In this document: positions 11,446 to 22,749 of the stretch, piece by piece
How positions within the stretch are numbered: position 1 is the stretch's first letter
Layout: each line of letters starts with the position of its first letter
DNA from: Paraspadella gotoi
Lineage: Eukaryota; Animalia; Chaetognatha
Assembly (NCBI GenBank): GCA_051294375.1
Contig: CM119266.1
Coordinates: 7,271,431 to 7,335,430, forward strand
DNA: 64,000 nt
Direction: 5' to 3'
Program-made: the position numbers and the translations under genes
Notes under the pieces: model-generated
Database searches by the model: none
The model's input: the letters and a program-made list of their open reading frames with translations, nothing else
Told to the model about the DNA's origin: nothing

Positions 11446-14099
11446 CCCAGGTGAAATGCCTCGTGACCGCCTTCGACTTCCCCGGCGCCATCGATTGGCG
11501 CCGGTTTCGCGGCGACGTCCACGCCATCGGCGACGCCTTCAAGTCTTACCTCCGCCAACTCCCGCAGCCGCTCGTCGACTGGCAAAGGTTCGAGCCTCTC
11601 ATGCAGGAGGACGCGCGGCGGCGACGGCGGCTGCTGCGGAAGACGGCGCGCACGCGGTCGGCGGACGAAAGAGTTGGGAAGCGTGGCTCGACGGGCGCAG
11701 GGTGGAGAGACTCGTCGTCGTCGTCGGCGGCGGAAGTGGCGGAGGATTTCGCGGAGTCGGTCGTCGCCGGCGTCGCCGTGGATTGCGGCGTCGATTTGAG
11801 GAAAGAGTTGAGGATGGAGGAGACGAGGGAAGAGGTGAGTGTTGTTGTTGTTGTTGAATATTTTGTTGTTTTAGTTAAGTCTGTAATTGTTTAAGAACCA
11901 AAATCGTCTATACTGACATATTGTGGCGAATCCTAAATTCGCCTCTTGCATAGCTTGGTGAAACTCAGATCGTCCCATCGCCAGTGACATGGGGGGGGTC
12001 ACTGCAGGTCCAAAGCCCTGAGCGCCAGCTGTCGGGAGATGCCTCACACCCCAGGCATCACACATGTACTCCCGTTGCCATAATATTTCATTTTAAACAA
12101 CCAAACACAAGTTTGGGCAATAAGGCGTAGTGAAAGTTGCAGATCAAAATTCGAATAGTTGATCATGAACAGTCTTGTACTAAAGAACAATTTTGATTTT
12201 AAAATTTTTATTACGCTTTACGGAGTAACAAAAATATTAAATGTCTTGAACTTCAATAAAATGACAAACAACGTTTTTTTAATTGGAAAAATAAATTTTT
12301 TTTACGAATTTCAACCTCAAGATTTTTCATTCTCAACTCTCTCTTTCTCTCCTTACCCTTTTCTCTCTCTCTCCCCCCTCTCTCAACCCCCTCTTCCACA
12401 GCCCCCCGACCCCTTCCACACCCTCGACGCTACCCTCCTTCGCGCCATCAATCATTCCCTCTACGCCACGCCCACCGTCGCCCGCGTCAACCTCGCCTAC
12501 GTTGTCGATCTTCTTTCCGCCATCTTGGATCGATCCTCCGTCAACAAGATGACGGCCGAAGGTCTCGGCCTGATCATGGGGCACAACTTGACGAGGGGTT
12601 GCGGCCTCGGGGGAGTCGGCGGCGGCGCCGGGTCGTCCGGAATCGGCGTCGCGTCTCAAATCGGCGCCGTATCGTCTCGATCCGGCGACGTCGTCAGATT
12701 CGTCAAAATTTTGATCGAAAATCGTGATTTTTTGTTCCCAAATTTTCGGCCGAAGACGAGAAGAATTTTCGAAGACAACGTCGACGACGACGACGATGAT
12801 AAAAAAAATAACAACAACAACAAGAAAAACAAAAACAACGACATAGGCAATAATAACAAAAAGCAAAACAAAAACAACCAAACTAACAACAGAAGAAACG
12901 ACAGCAGCGGAGGCAGGAACAGTAATGAGAACAGCAGCGGCAGCAGCAAAAATAACACCAACGACTCAGTCAAACCGGCTCCCAAAACTTCCGGCGTCAT
13001 TAAAAACGCAACCCCCAAAATCACAGCCTCAAAGAGTTTCTCTGGCGCTCCCGGCGCTCTTTCTTTCACAAAACCCGGCGTCGTTCCATTCACCGGCGTC
13101 GGCGTCGGCCTCCGGCGCAACTCCTCTGATCCTTCGTCGGCCAAGAAGTTGATGGATAGAATTCGACCGACGATTCGAAGATGGAACACCGTCTCGGCTT
13201 TGACGGTCAAATGCGACGGAGCAATTGAGGTCGACAACCGTGGAGTGTCGGGAAAAGTCGAAGAGAAAGTCTCGTCTCTGGAGCCTTTCGGGATCGCGGG
13301 AGCTTTGGTCGGGGTGGTCAAGACGGCCGGAGTGTTGGGGGTGGCTGGAGAGCCGGGGGCTGCGGCTGCGGCTGTGGGGGCAGCGGCGGCTGCGGCGGGG
13401 CCAGTGGCGATGTCGACCAAGACGTCGAGGGATTCTCCCGTACCTCGATTCTCAAGAAGCCGAAGTCTAAAGGATCGATTTCATTTTCGTTCCAACCGCT
13501 CCAAAGATCGCTTCCTAGAGAAGACCGACCGCTGCCAAGATAAGAGGAATGACCGCTCCAATGATCGATTCCTAGAGAAGACCGACCGCTGCCAAGATAA
13601 GGGAAATGACCGCTCCAATGATCGCTTCCAAGAGAAGACTGACCACTGCCAAGATAAGGGGAATGACCGCTCCAATGATCGCTTCCAAGAGAAGACCGAC
13701 CGCTGCCAAGATAAGAGGAAGGACCGCTCCAATAATCGCTTCCAAGAGAAGACCGACCGCTGCCAAGATAAGAGGAATGACCGCTTCAAAGTGAGGAATC
13801 ACTCCACGGATTCAATTTTAGACTCGAAGGGAGAACCTTTCTTCGATGAGAGAGCTTTATCGATGCCAGAGGCGTCGATGACGTCGTTGACATTGTCGTT
13901 GCCATCTTCGCCGTCGCCGTCGTTGCCATCTTCGCCGTCACAGTCGTTGCCATCGCCGTCGTTGCTATTTCCGTCGTTGTCATCGTCGTCATCAAAGTCG
14001 GAAAGACTCGTCGGCGCCGGACGGAAAATCTCGGCCAATTTATATTTTCGGTCGGAATTAGGACGAAAATTTTTACCGGGAGAGGGAGACAAGAAGTGA
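3897..14099 (+). CDS. BAR-domain RhoGAP of the RICH/Nadrin type (ARHGAP17/ARHGAP44/SH3BP1-like). Exons ~3897-4191, 4588-4894, 5510-5701, 10855-10980, 11451-11834, 12402-14099
   Basis: GT-AG junctions are phase-compatible. A helical BAR-like region is followed by RRFGTKLQ|EHTRTNELGHEVSPVIEDCCSALKQIGLEEEGVLRVPG (Arg finger), DVHAIGDAFKSYLRQLPQPL and NKMTAEGLGLIMGHNL. One indel is needed near the ATG. Confidence 0.88.
4195..4540. repeat. Intronic 9/18-bp minisatellite (ATGATGAATGTGATGATT-like)
   Basis: Tandem degenerate units are visible; they generate the spurious M/N/V/I-rich and His-rich ORFs. Confidence 0.85.
5015..5086 (+). tRNA. trnW-CCA: tRNA-Trp(CCA), variant copy
   Basis: 72-nt cloverleaf, anticodon arm TCTGA-CTCCAGT-TCAGA, GTTCGAATC T-arm; one C:T mismatch in the acceptor stem. 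Confidence 0.9.
5166..5237 (+). tRNA. trnW-CCA: tRNA-Trp(CCA)
   Basis: 72-nt cloverleaf with CCA anticodon, G:U pairs in the acceptor stem, GTTCAAATC, and a downstream T-run (Pol III terminator). Confidence 0.92.
5381..5452 (+). tRNA. trnW-CCA: tRNA-Trp(CCA)
   Basis: Perfect GAGCCCG/CGGGCTC acceptor stem, CCA anticodon, A and B boxes, T-run at 5462-5468. Confidence 0.96.
7254..10498 (-). pseudogene. Inverted duplicate of RhoGAP exons 4-6, frameshifted and lacking the 5' exons (likely artefact or haplotig)
   Basis: Reverse complement of 10855-14099 with many 1-bp indels; it sits inside intron 3 of the intact gene. Confidence 0.8.
11922..12082 (+). mobile_element. Short element with TGTGGC...GCCATA termini and 4-bp ATAT TSD (solo-LTR or MITE-like); mirror copy at 9240-9397
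   Basis: Imperfect terminal inverted ends, ATAT on both flanks, GC-rich and hairpin-rich inside an AT-rich intron. Confidence 0.65.
13494..13789 (+). repeat. Coding 57-bp tandem repeat x5 (DRSNDRFQEKTDRCQDKGN) in the RhoGAP tail
   Basis: Five 19-aa units in ORF 12159-14099. Confidence 0.9.
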
Positions 14100-14916
14100 G
14101 AGGAAGACAAGAAGTGAGAGGGAGAGGGAGACAAGAAGTGAGAGGGAGAGGGAGACGAAAACGAAATTTGAAAAAAACTTTTGTAACATCGCAGGACGCA
14201 AAGGGGGCGGAGTGGGTACATTTTACTTTACTGGTTTATTTCCTACGCATTTGTTATCTTGTAAATTTGAATTCCTAAATCAGTCATTCTTCTGCGATAA
14301 ATAATAATAACTGACGACTCTGTCGGCGTATTGAAAATTTTACTAAACGATCCAAATCTGTAATTTCGCTTCTAAAAAAGTGACGTAATCACATGATGTT
14401 GGCTTTTTTTTTTCGTTTCGACAATTTAACCAAAGCTTGCAGATAATCACACAATATGAAATTTTGTACAACCAATGTTAATAATGTTAAACCTTAACCA
14501 ATGTGAATACTATGATTTAAATTCTTTCAAGTATTTCATTCGATTTCTCAACTCGACGTAATCACGATCATCCCTTGAAAATTTAATTCTCTTTTCAACG
14601 CGACGCGTCCCTGAGCGTTTTCACGACCTTCGTAATATTATTACATTTATTTTTGTTGTATAGTTGATAGTTTAATCGCCGCTTAACAAGATTCGCTCGT
14701 CGGCTGGGGATTTTTTTTGTGGGATTTTTAACAATAAAACAAATGAAAAACGAAACAACCTTGAATTTGCGGGATCGAAAAAAACAGTGTGATGATTAGA
14801 ACAGTTTATTAAAAAGAAAACATTAGAAAACAATTTTGAAATATGAATTTAGGGAACATTAGATAGAAGATAGAAGATAAAAGGTAGAAGATAAAATATA
14901 AAAGATAGAATTTAGA

Positions 14917-15013
<97 letters not shown>

Positions 15014-15689
15014 TAATTTATTTATAAATTGAAAAAAAAGTCATAATCGAACACATATATGTATACATATATATACATATATCGTAAATATATTTTCTTC
15101 TAAGACAACAACGACAACAGCACAAAAGCCCGAACTACCCACCTCTTAACCACCCAACCACCCAACCACCACAACACCGGACCACCACAACTACGGATTC
15201 GATCCTCACGAGGCGAAGCGATTAAATTCGGTGAAGAGAAAATCGACGCTTGTGACTCGAAGGAAAAGTTGGGGTGAGGGGGTGAGCCGTGAGGGGGTGG
15301 AAGGGGGCGTGCGGGTGGAAGATGGTGGTTATAGTGGGTAGGGGGTTGGAGAAGTGATTGGGGAGTGATGGGTCAGCTGATGGGGACTCGAAATCTCCTT
15401 TGAGAGCAGAGTTTGGTCGAAGGTCAAAGATCGAGAAAGTTTAAGTTTTTAAATTATTGCTATATCACAGTTATGAATTTTTTTTTTCGTCGGTGACGAA
15501 CGATGGTGAATTTCGAATTTAATCACAAAAAGACGTCGTCGTCATCGTCGTCTTCGTCGTCATTGTTGCGGTTTTCATCTTCAGTATCGTCGTTGTGGAT
15601 GTCGTCGTCAATATCTTCGTCGTCATTGTCGTCGTCGTTGCTAATATTTGAGTATTGACCCCGAGGTCTCCGCTGCTCTCTCTCTCTGC

Positions 15690-15761
<72 letters not shown>

Positions 15762-16569
15762 ACCCGAGTCCCTCTCTCTCTCTCGTTTTCGACGGTCGTA
15801 AGTGAGCAGGTAAAGTCATCATCATCATCGTCATTTTCGATTATGAAATTTCATATTTTGAAAATGTTTTTTCTTTTTTTTTTTGGTTTATAATTTTTGT
15901 CACTTTTTTTCGACACACAAAAAAAGACAATTTTTAAAAAAAAATTGTGAGATAAATATTTTATTTTACAATGTAAATTTTAAGTAACTACTATTAACAA
16001 AAGAACAAACTTATTCACAATAACAACGAATAAACATGCTGTCGTTGTTTAAGATAAAGACAGCAACTTTGAAATCAACAGCTAAACAACAGTCGACACA
16101 GAAACAAAGACAACAGAGAAATTAACAAATCGAAATTGAGTCTCTGATCGTAGAGACATTAACGGGGTAGATACTAGATAGCCTATCAAAGTTACAATTA
16201 AAAAAATTAATATAACATTTTCAGAAGACAACACTAAAATCCCCTCACTCCCAAAAAATTTAAATTGACCAACACCTATTTGCTAAAGATAATTTTTTAC
16301 AATATATTTTACGAAAATAATACCTACAGTTGCATATTTTAATATAGTAATACAAGTAATCTTGAAATTTTCATACAACAACACTTTATAAAAGAAACAA
16401 ACAATGACAAAAAAAAATAAATAAAAAATTTCTTTTTCTAGAAACTTCTCACCGAGCGTCGACGCCGTCGGAAACTAAAAAAACAAAAAACAAAAATAAA
16501 ACCCACATTAAAAAACAAAATATACAAAACAAAAACAAAAACAAAACAACCCCGAAAAACAAAAAGACA

Positions 16570-18803
16570 ATGCCGGAAATGACAGAGGAGGAGTTGGCGC
16601 GAATGGAGGCGAAGGTCGAGGCGACGCGGACGGCGAGACTCAAACAGGAAGAAGACAGTGTTGACGATGAGAGGTTGGAGGCGGCCAAGGAGCAACTGGA
16701 AGGCATCCTCAAGCACAAGGGAGGATACGAGGCGGTTGGCCGAGTTGGAGAAGCAGGCGGACGGGAAGAAGGCGGCGATGAAGGATGCGGAGAAGAGACA
16801 TAAGAGGGATCAGGTTGGGAGGGGAGTTAATGAATGAATGGATAAATGAATGGATCAATTAATGAATAAATAACGATTGAATGAATAAAAGAATTACGAA
16901 ATAAACGAACTAATAAATAAATAGATGATTTAATGAATGAATAATTTAATGAAAAAATGCATGAATTAATTAATAAATAAATAAAAAGAACGAATAAATG
17001 AATTAATTATCGAATGAATGAATGAATGAATGAATGAATGAATGAATGATTGAACGAACAAAATAACGAACGAGAAAACGAACAGATGTAAACTAATGTT
17101 TTTTCTTTTTTTAAGGATGACTTCCGGGGAGACATGGACAACGCGAAGAGGGCAGCCAAAGACCAGGTCTACCGACAAAGAAAATTAAAATCAAAGACGA
17201 AGACAGAGACAGAGACGATTCCCCCCCCCGCCCGTCCTCTTCCTAGGTCCGCGCCCTCTCGAAAGAGTTGGCGGCTGAAGAGCGAAAGTTGAAGGAGACG
17301 TTGGACGATCTCGGCGTCATGGAGTTGACGACGGCGTCGGCGCAGCAGGATGTGGAGAACATGAGGAAGAGGATCGATTTGCAGAAGGTGAGGTTCGATG
17401 GTGTCGATGGAAATGGGTCAGTTGCTCGAGGTGGGTGAGGAAAGTGAAGGGAAGGTAAGTTCAAGAGTAGATTTGTTGACCAGCTGAATTTATTTCTTAA
17501 TACAATATATTATACTTATTTTATTAGTTAAATAATCCTGACAATTTTTAAATGTTTGATTACCATTTTAGGAATGTAAGTCTAGCAAGGATTATTGAAA
17601 GTCACGGAGAATTAATGATGATTGTTGAATTGTTTAATTCTTAGTGATTATAAAACATTCGAAACGACCAAACTTTGTAACATTTTATTTGTAAATCATA
17701 GAGCTTATAAATCTCATTTGCATATTGTCGTATTGTGATTTAGTTTGATATATTTTTATTCTATTGCCCCGAAGGTTTGATATCACATCTTTAACATCTC
17801 ATCACATTTATTATCATATTTCCGATTTATCACAACATTCCCCATCAACTCTCCTTCTATCAGGACCAAATGCGAACGACCCAACGCTTCCTCGACAAAC
17901 TGGAGAAGGAGAAACGCGAAGTGGAAGCGATGTACGAGAAGTTGAGACGAGATCACGATCGCTTGAGGGAGGAGAATCAGAGAGCGGAGATGGAGAATCT
18001 CTCGATGCAGCTGCATCTGTCGGTGGAGGGAAGAAAAGAGTATTTGAAGGAGGCCGAAGCGAGAGAGTTGAAAAGAATGCAGGTGAGAGAGAGAGAGAGA
18101 TAGAGAGAGAGTGAGAGAATTTAAATCCCATCATATCATTAATCACAATGAATAAATTCTAATTTATTCTAAAAACAACACTATGAACTAAAACTAATTA
18201 AATTAAGCATGATCACACAGCGAAAAAGAACCGATAAAATATTCATAATATTTATTAATTGATTAAATAAAATCTCCGTCTCTCCATCCTTCCCCTCAGG
18301 ATCCTTCCTCCTCCTCCAAAAAGAAGAAAAAGTCCAAAGGACGCCGGGCGCGCCGCCCGTCCGTCGACGACTACGAATACGACGACGAAGACGACGCCGC
18401 CAGCGACGCCTCTTACTCCTCCCGACGCCGCGAACGCAGCGCCGACGAACAGCGCCGCGGCGGCGGCGGCCGACACCGTCGCCCGTCCGTCGAGGACGAA
18501 GGCGACTTCGTGGCGTCCCTCCGCCGTCGCCGCGCCAGCGTGGAGTCTTTGAGAGGGGGCGTGGCCGTGACCTCTTCCGTCGTCGTCTCGTCGTCGACGA
18601 CGATCGTGAGACGAGGAAAGACGGAGAGAGAGATGAGCGTGTTGAGCGCGAGAGCGGCGAGAGAGAGAACGGAGGAGGAGAGGGGAGGAGGAGGAGGAGG
18701 AGAACCGGAATTGGGAAGGATTAAAAGGATTGAGGGAATTCAATTGATGGCGCCACCGGCGAAGAAGAAGGGTACGAGGGAGACGGAGTGGGATGATTTG
18801 TGA
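16570..18803 (+). CDS. Coiled-coil protein of unknown function; exons ~16570-16813, 17116-17165, 17247-17387, 17863-18082, 18300-18803
   Basis: Spliced E/K/R-rich helical peptide (MPEMTEEELARMEAKVE...; DQMRTTQRFLDKLEKEKREVEAMYEKL...) ending in TEWDDL*. One indel in exon 1. Confidence 0.7.
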
Positions 18804-19532
18804 GAGAGAAGAGAGACCGAGAGAGTGGGGGTGGAATAGGTGGAGGGGGGTGGGTTACTATATCTGCATAACGGTACGATGTTAACGTACTTTGGTGTCA
18901 GAGTTACACTCATTTTCGTTCCAGCGATATATTCAAAATTGTAAAAAAAGATTTTTTTAAAAAATATTTTCGATTGGTCTAATACTTATTTTTTTAAAAA
19001 TTGATCTCCATGCATCGGCGTTCAATACGATTTGAATATTTTTTCAACCTGTGTGTATGAAACTTAAGCTAAGGAGCCAAGAATAGGAAAAGTGAAGCTA
19101 CCCAACTGTAGTTCTGCCAAAGTCAATTTATTAATATATTTTTTGACGAAATTAAAACTCAATCGCTGATCTCTTTTCTCATTTGTCTTTTTTTTTAATT
19201 CGTAGAATTATTATCATCACGAAATACAATTTTTTTTAAAGGTTAAAATCGGTTTCGCATATAGTAAGTTATACGCTTATACGGCAGTTAGATACACACT
19301 GATACACACTGATACACAGCCTATGTTGTCATTTGGGGAAACGTCTGTTTTCAATCTCACAAATGTTTTTACAAATCGCTCGGTTTTATTCAAAATTTAC
19401 TATTTATTATCAAAAAACATTTCGTTAATATCTCCCCCGCGTCACCAAAATGGCGAACGCCACCCGCAATTGATGCAAGGGGACACCTCCTTCTACGCCA
19501 ACAGTCTCCTCTCTCTCTCTTTCCCCCCTGCG

Positions 19533-21784
19533 TCACCAAAATGGCGAACGCCACCCACAGTTGACGCAAGGGGGCTCGTCGTCGATGGCCAACGCGTAGA
19601 TCGTCCAAGCGGCGACGCAGACGACGAACCAAAGAGCAGAAGTCTTTTCGGTTGGGAACCATCGATCCTCTTCCCCGCAGCCGGGTGAGTAACAGGTAAG
19701 GTCGCGCTCCTGAGGGGGCGAGGTTGAGAGAGAGAGAGGTCGAAGAGGTAAGGCTGATTGGTAAGTTCTACTCTCAAAGAAAAAAATTACCGCAAAAGTT
19801 TTCAAATAAAGATTTCGAAGAGAAAACAAAGTTTTGTTGACAAACAACGATTTGTTCAAATAAAGCGACTCTGACCGATAGATTTAGATTTAGATTTAGA
19901 TTTTGATTCTGGTGGGTCTGGGAGATTTTCCCGTCAATTGCCTTGCATTCCGGAACTTCGGATCCGGCGGAAGGCTTGCTACGGGTTGTTTAACCGGCCC
20001 GTCCCTGTTACCAAGGTTACTGCCTGATTCCTTGACCNNNNNNNNNNNNNNNNNNNNNNNNNTAGAGGTCTGAAAAGTTATATCTAACTGGGTAGGCATA
20101 ATATTATGATAATATAATGATAATATTCTGTGAATGTTTAAAAAAAAAGGAAGGTTATGGCAACAGCCGGTTGACTGTGATGCCCATTGGGATGAGGTAT
20201 CTCACTGTTGCCTTTGGGGCCTTCTCACTCTCAGTGACGTCTACAGTCATGGTCGGTTACCCGAGGACGGTGGAATGTGGAAGGAACACTAACGCTTGGG
20301 ATGGTGTGTTCCCGCTCTGAGCCAATGGACTTTGCTGAACAACGGTGGACTTGAGGCGCGGTGTGAATATACCGCCACAAGATTATCATTAATTGGGACG
20401 ACAACAAACCACCATAAAACAACAACAACAACAACTCACCAGCGGCAATTCTCTGTTAAACTTTTTCGAATCTTGCGTTTTCGACGACGACGACGACGAC
20501 GACGATCCGTACGACGACGAATATCCAGACGACGACGAAGACGACGATCGACGACGACGACGCCGAGGACTTCTCGTGGTGATACTTGTCGAAATCATGG
20601 GCGTCGGCTTCGCGTTCGACGCTGGCGTCGTCGTAAGGATCGTCGTCGTAGTCGGACCACACGCCGGGAGCGCCGCCGGACGGCGGAAAGGGCGGCGGTC
20701 GTCGGCGGGAATTATCGGATTGGCGGGAGAGTTGAAGACTGGAGGATGAGGGGGGGAAGAGGGGGCGGAGAGGGGAAGGGAGATAAGTGAGGAGAGAAGT
20801 GAAGAGAAAAGAAAGGGAGGTGAATTGAGAGAGAGAGAGAGAGAGGAGAGAGCGAGGAAAAAGTGAAGAGAATTGAAAGTAAAGAGATAGGTTATTGGTT
20901 ATAGATGAAGAGAGAAAATGTAGCAGAATAACTTGACATTGAGTTCTTCAATCTTATTTACAAATTGTAGCAGTTTAGATCATTTCTCATAACCTTTGAT
21001 TTGGTTTTTATAGAAATCTTATTTTACTATTTTAGATATACTTTTAATAGGTTTAAATAATAATTAAGTTTTCCAATTAACAGTCAAATATTTCATTGTA
21101 GTTTCACTGCAAAGAAGATTTAAAGACTAAGAGATTTTACAACCACAACGTCCGCCACCACAACCACCACGACCACCACAACCACCACAACCACCACATC
21201 AATATCCCCCCACAACTACAACCACAACCACGATTTTCCTCGTTCCAATTTCTTCCTCTTCTCATCGGCGCCGCTTGACGACGCCGACTTTCTCCACCGA
21301 CGACGCGATCGAATCTGGCGCTATTTCGGTTAATTTGGGCGCCGTTTCGATACCATCCGGCGTTGACGTTAAATCCGGCTTCCTCGGCGCCGCGAATACG
21401 AAATCTTCCCGGTGTCGGATCACGATTTCCGGCTCCACGACGCCAGGGATCCGGCGTCGCGTGACACAGATTTCTGGCGTTGCAATGCTGGACGTGCGGA
21501 GCCGGACGATGGAGCGGGTACCGGGCTCCGGGATGACCGTGCGATGCTGGCGCCGAAGAGCGTAGCGTCGTTCCGGGAGAGCGTGGCGTCGTAGCGGGAG
21601 AGCGTAGCGTAGGCGACCATGCTTCGCCATATCGCGGCGTCGATTTGCATCGCTTTCTGTCCCTCGATCGAGCGGCGCTCTTTTGACGTCGACGCCGGGA
21701 TTCGTGACGGGTTACGCCCGAAGCCAATCTAGAGGGCGCCGGCGTCGCGGGCGGCGTCGGACGCCAAGGACGGCGGCGCTGCAT
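19533..21784 (-). CDS. Putative three-exon low-complexity protein (exons ~21784-21230, 20740-20440, 19710-19533)
   Basis: GC-rich segments with GT donors and pyrimidine-rich AG acceptors in compatible phases; ends in PPCVNCGWRSPFW*. No recognisable domain. Confidence 0.45.
19879..20037 (-). mobile_element. 3' end of a probable SINE/LINE-like element: structured GC-rich body with an (ATCTAA)n tail, cut by a gap
   Basis: (TTTAGA)n at 19879-19902 abuts a hairpin-rich segment. Confidence 0.4.
20156..20379 (-). mobile_element. Divergent relative of the TGTGGC...GCCATA element
   Basis: Same termini (TATGGCAAC...CGCCACA on +), shared internal blocks TGTGATGCC...TGAGG.ATCTC and CAGTGAC...GTCA; flanks AGGT/AGAT. 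Confidence 0.55.
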
Positions 21785-22105
21785 TGAGGATTCTCAGTTT
21801 TTGAACTTTTTTATATCAAATTTATCAATTTTCGAGCTTTTTTTAAAAATTTAGGCGACTAAAAACTTTAAGGAAATTCGGAATCTATAATCGAAATTTC
21901 TTTAGTTACATTTTGATGTTAGTTTTTAGCTGTTGATTTCCTACAAATTAACTCAGTCTAACTTATTAAATATTGAACAACAAACGCCCTCTTTATTTTC
22001 GAACAAAATAAACCTTGTCCCAACAAAAGAACAGTTGTATTTCTACTAACAAACCTTGCAGAAAATGTGTTACTATTTTCCAAGTTATATGCGCACAATG
22101 TGCAC

Positions 22106-22749
22106 TGTATGGTGGACTAAAATCCACCAACCGTTCATCAGCTCCATTGGTGCCGGAGGCAAGTCATTCGCCTCCCAACCAAAGGTCCGGGGTTCTAGGC
22201 CCGGTGGTCGTCTGGCAGTTAAGAGGGACGGGGCGCTAACCCTCCTGAACATGGTGTACAGCCTGATCCGAAGCTCAGGGACTGCTTATATTGAACGGTT
22301 CTGACACTAAACATATAACAATAATTATGTCTCTTCATTGGTGAGCCGACTTCGAACACAAACCACCAACAACACACTTTCAGGCGACATGCTCAACCTG
22401 GCGATGCACTTTCCGCCCAAAACACATCAGGCGACATGCCTCAACTTGTGACGAACTTTTCCACCAACAACAACAATTCATGAAGAGACGCAACAGACTT
22501 CTCCCTATGGGAGGGGGGGATGTATGGTGACTAAAATCCACCAACCGTTCATCACGGCCATTGGTGCCGGGAGGCAAGTCATCGCCTCCCAACCCCAAAG
22601 GTCCGGGGTTCTAGCCCGGTGGTCGTCTGGCAGTTTAAGAGGACGGGGCGTTAACCCGCTGTAACCGGTGTTACAGCCTGATCCGAAGCTTAGGGACTGC
22701 TTATATTGAACGGTTCTGTCATAACTATAACAATAATTACTGTCTCTCA
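22106..22749 (+). mobile_element. TRIM (miniature non-autonomous LTR retrotransposon): LTR1 22106-22337, PBS 22339-22350, PPT 22509-22520, LTR2 22521-22749
   Basis: Two ~230-bp direct repeats with TG...CA ends; TGGTGAGCCGAC 1 nt after LTR1; GGGAGGGGGGGA directly before LTR2; no internal ORF; element absent from the mirror site at 37821-37870. Confidence 0.9.

Larger units (their letters stand above)
6056..15323. repeat. ~4.6-kb inverted duplication (arms 6056-~10649 and 10700-15323) centred on a 25-N gap
   Basis: The arms are reverse complements along their length; mirrored ORFs at 9445-9867(-) and 11451-11894(+). Confidence 0.97.

Noticed and set aside
12159-12401. N-terminus of the 646-aa ORF
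   Set aside because: Intronic read-through from a TTG start; the exon begins at the acceptor at 12402.
16570-18082. Troponin T or tropomyosin assignment
   Set aside because: Only generic E/K/R coiled-coil composition; no diagnostic motif was recognised.
20156-20379. H/ACA snoRNA reading (terminal hairpin plus ACA)
   Set aside because: That orientation is antisense to the host genes, no clear H box is present, and the inverted termini and TSD favour a mobile element.
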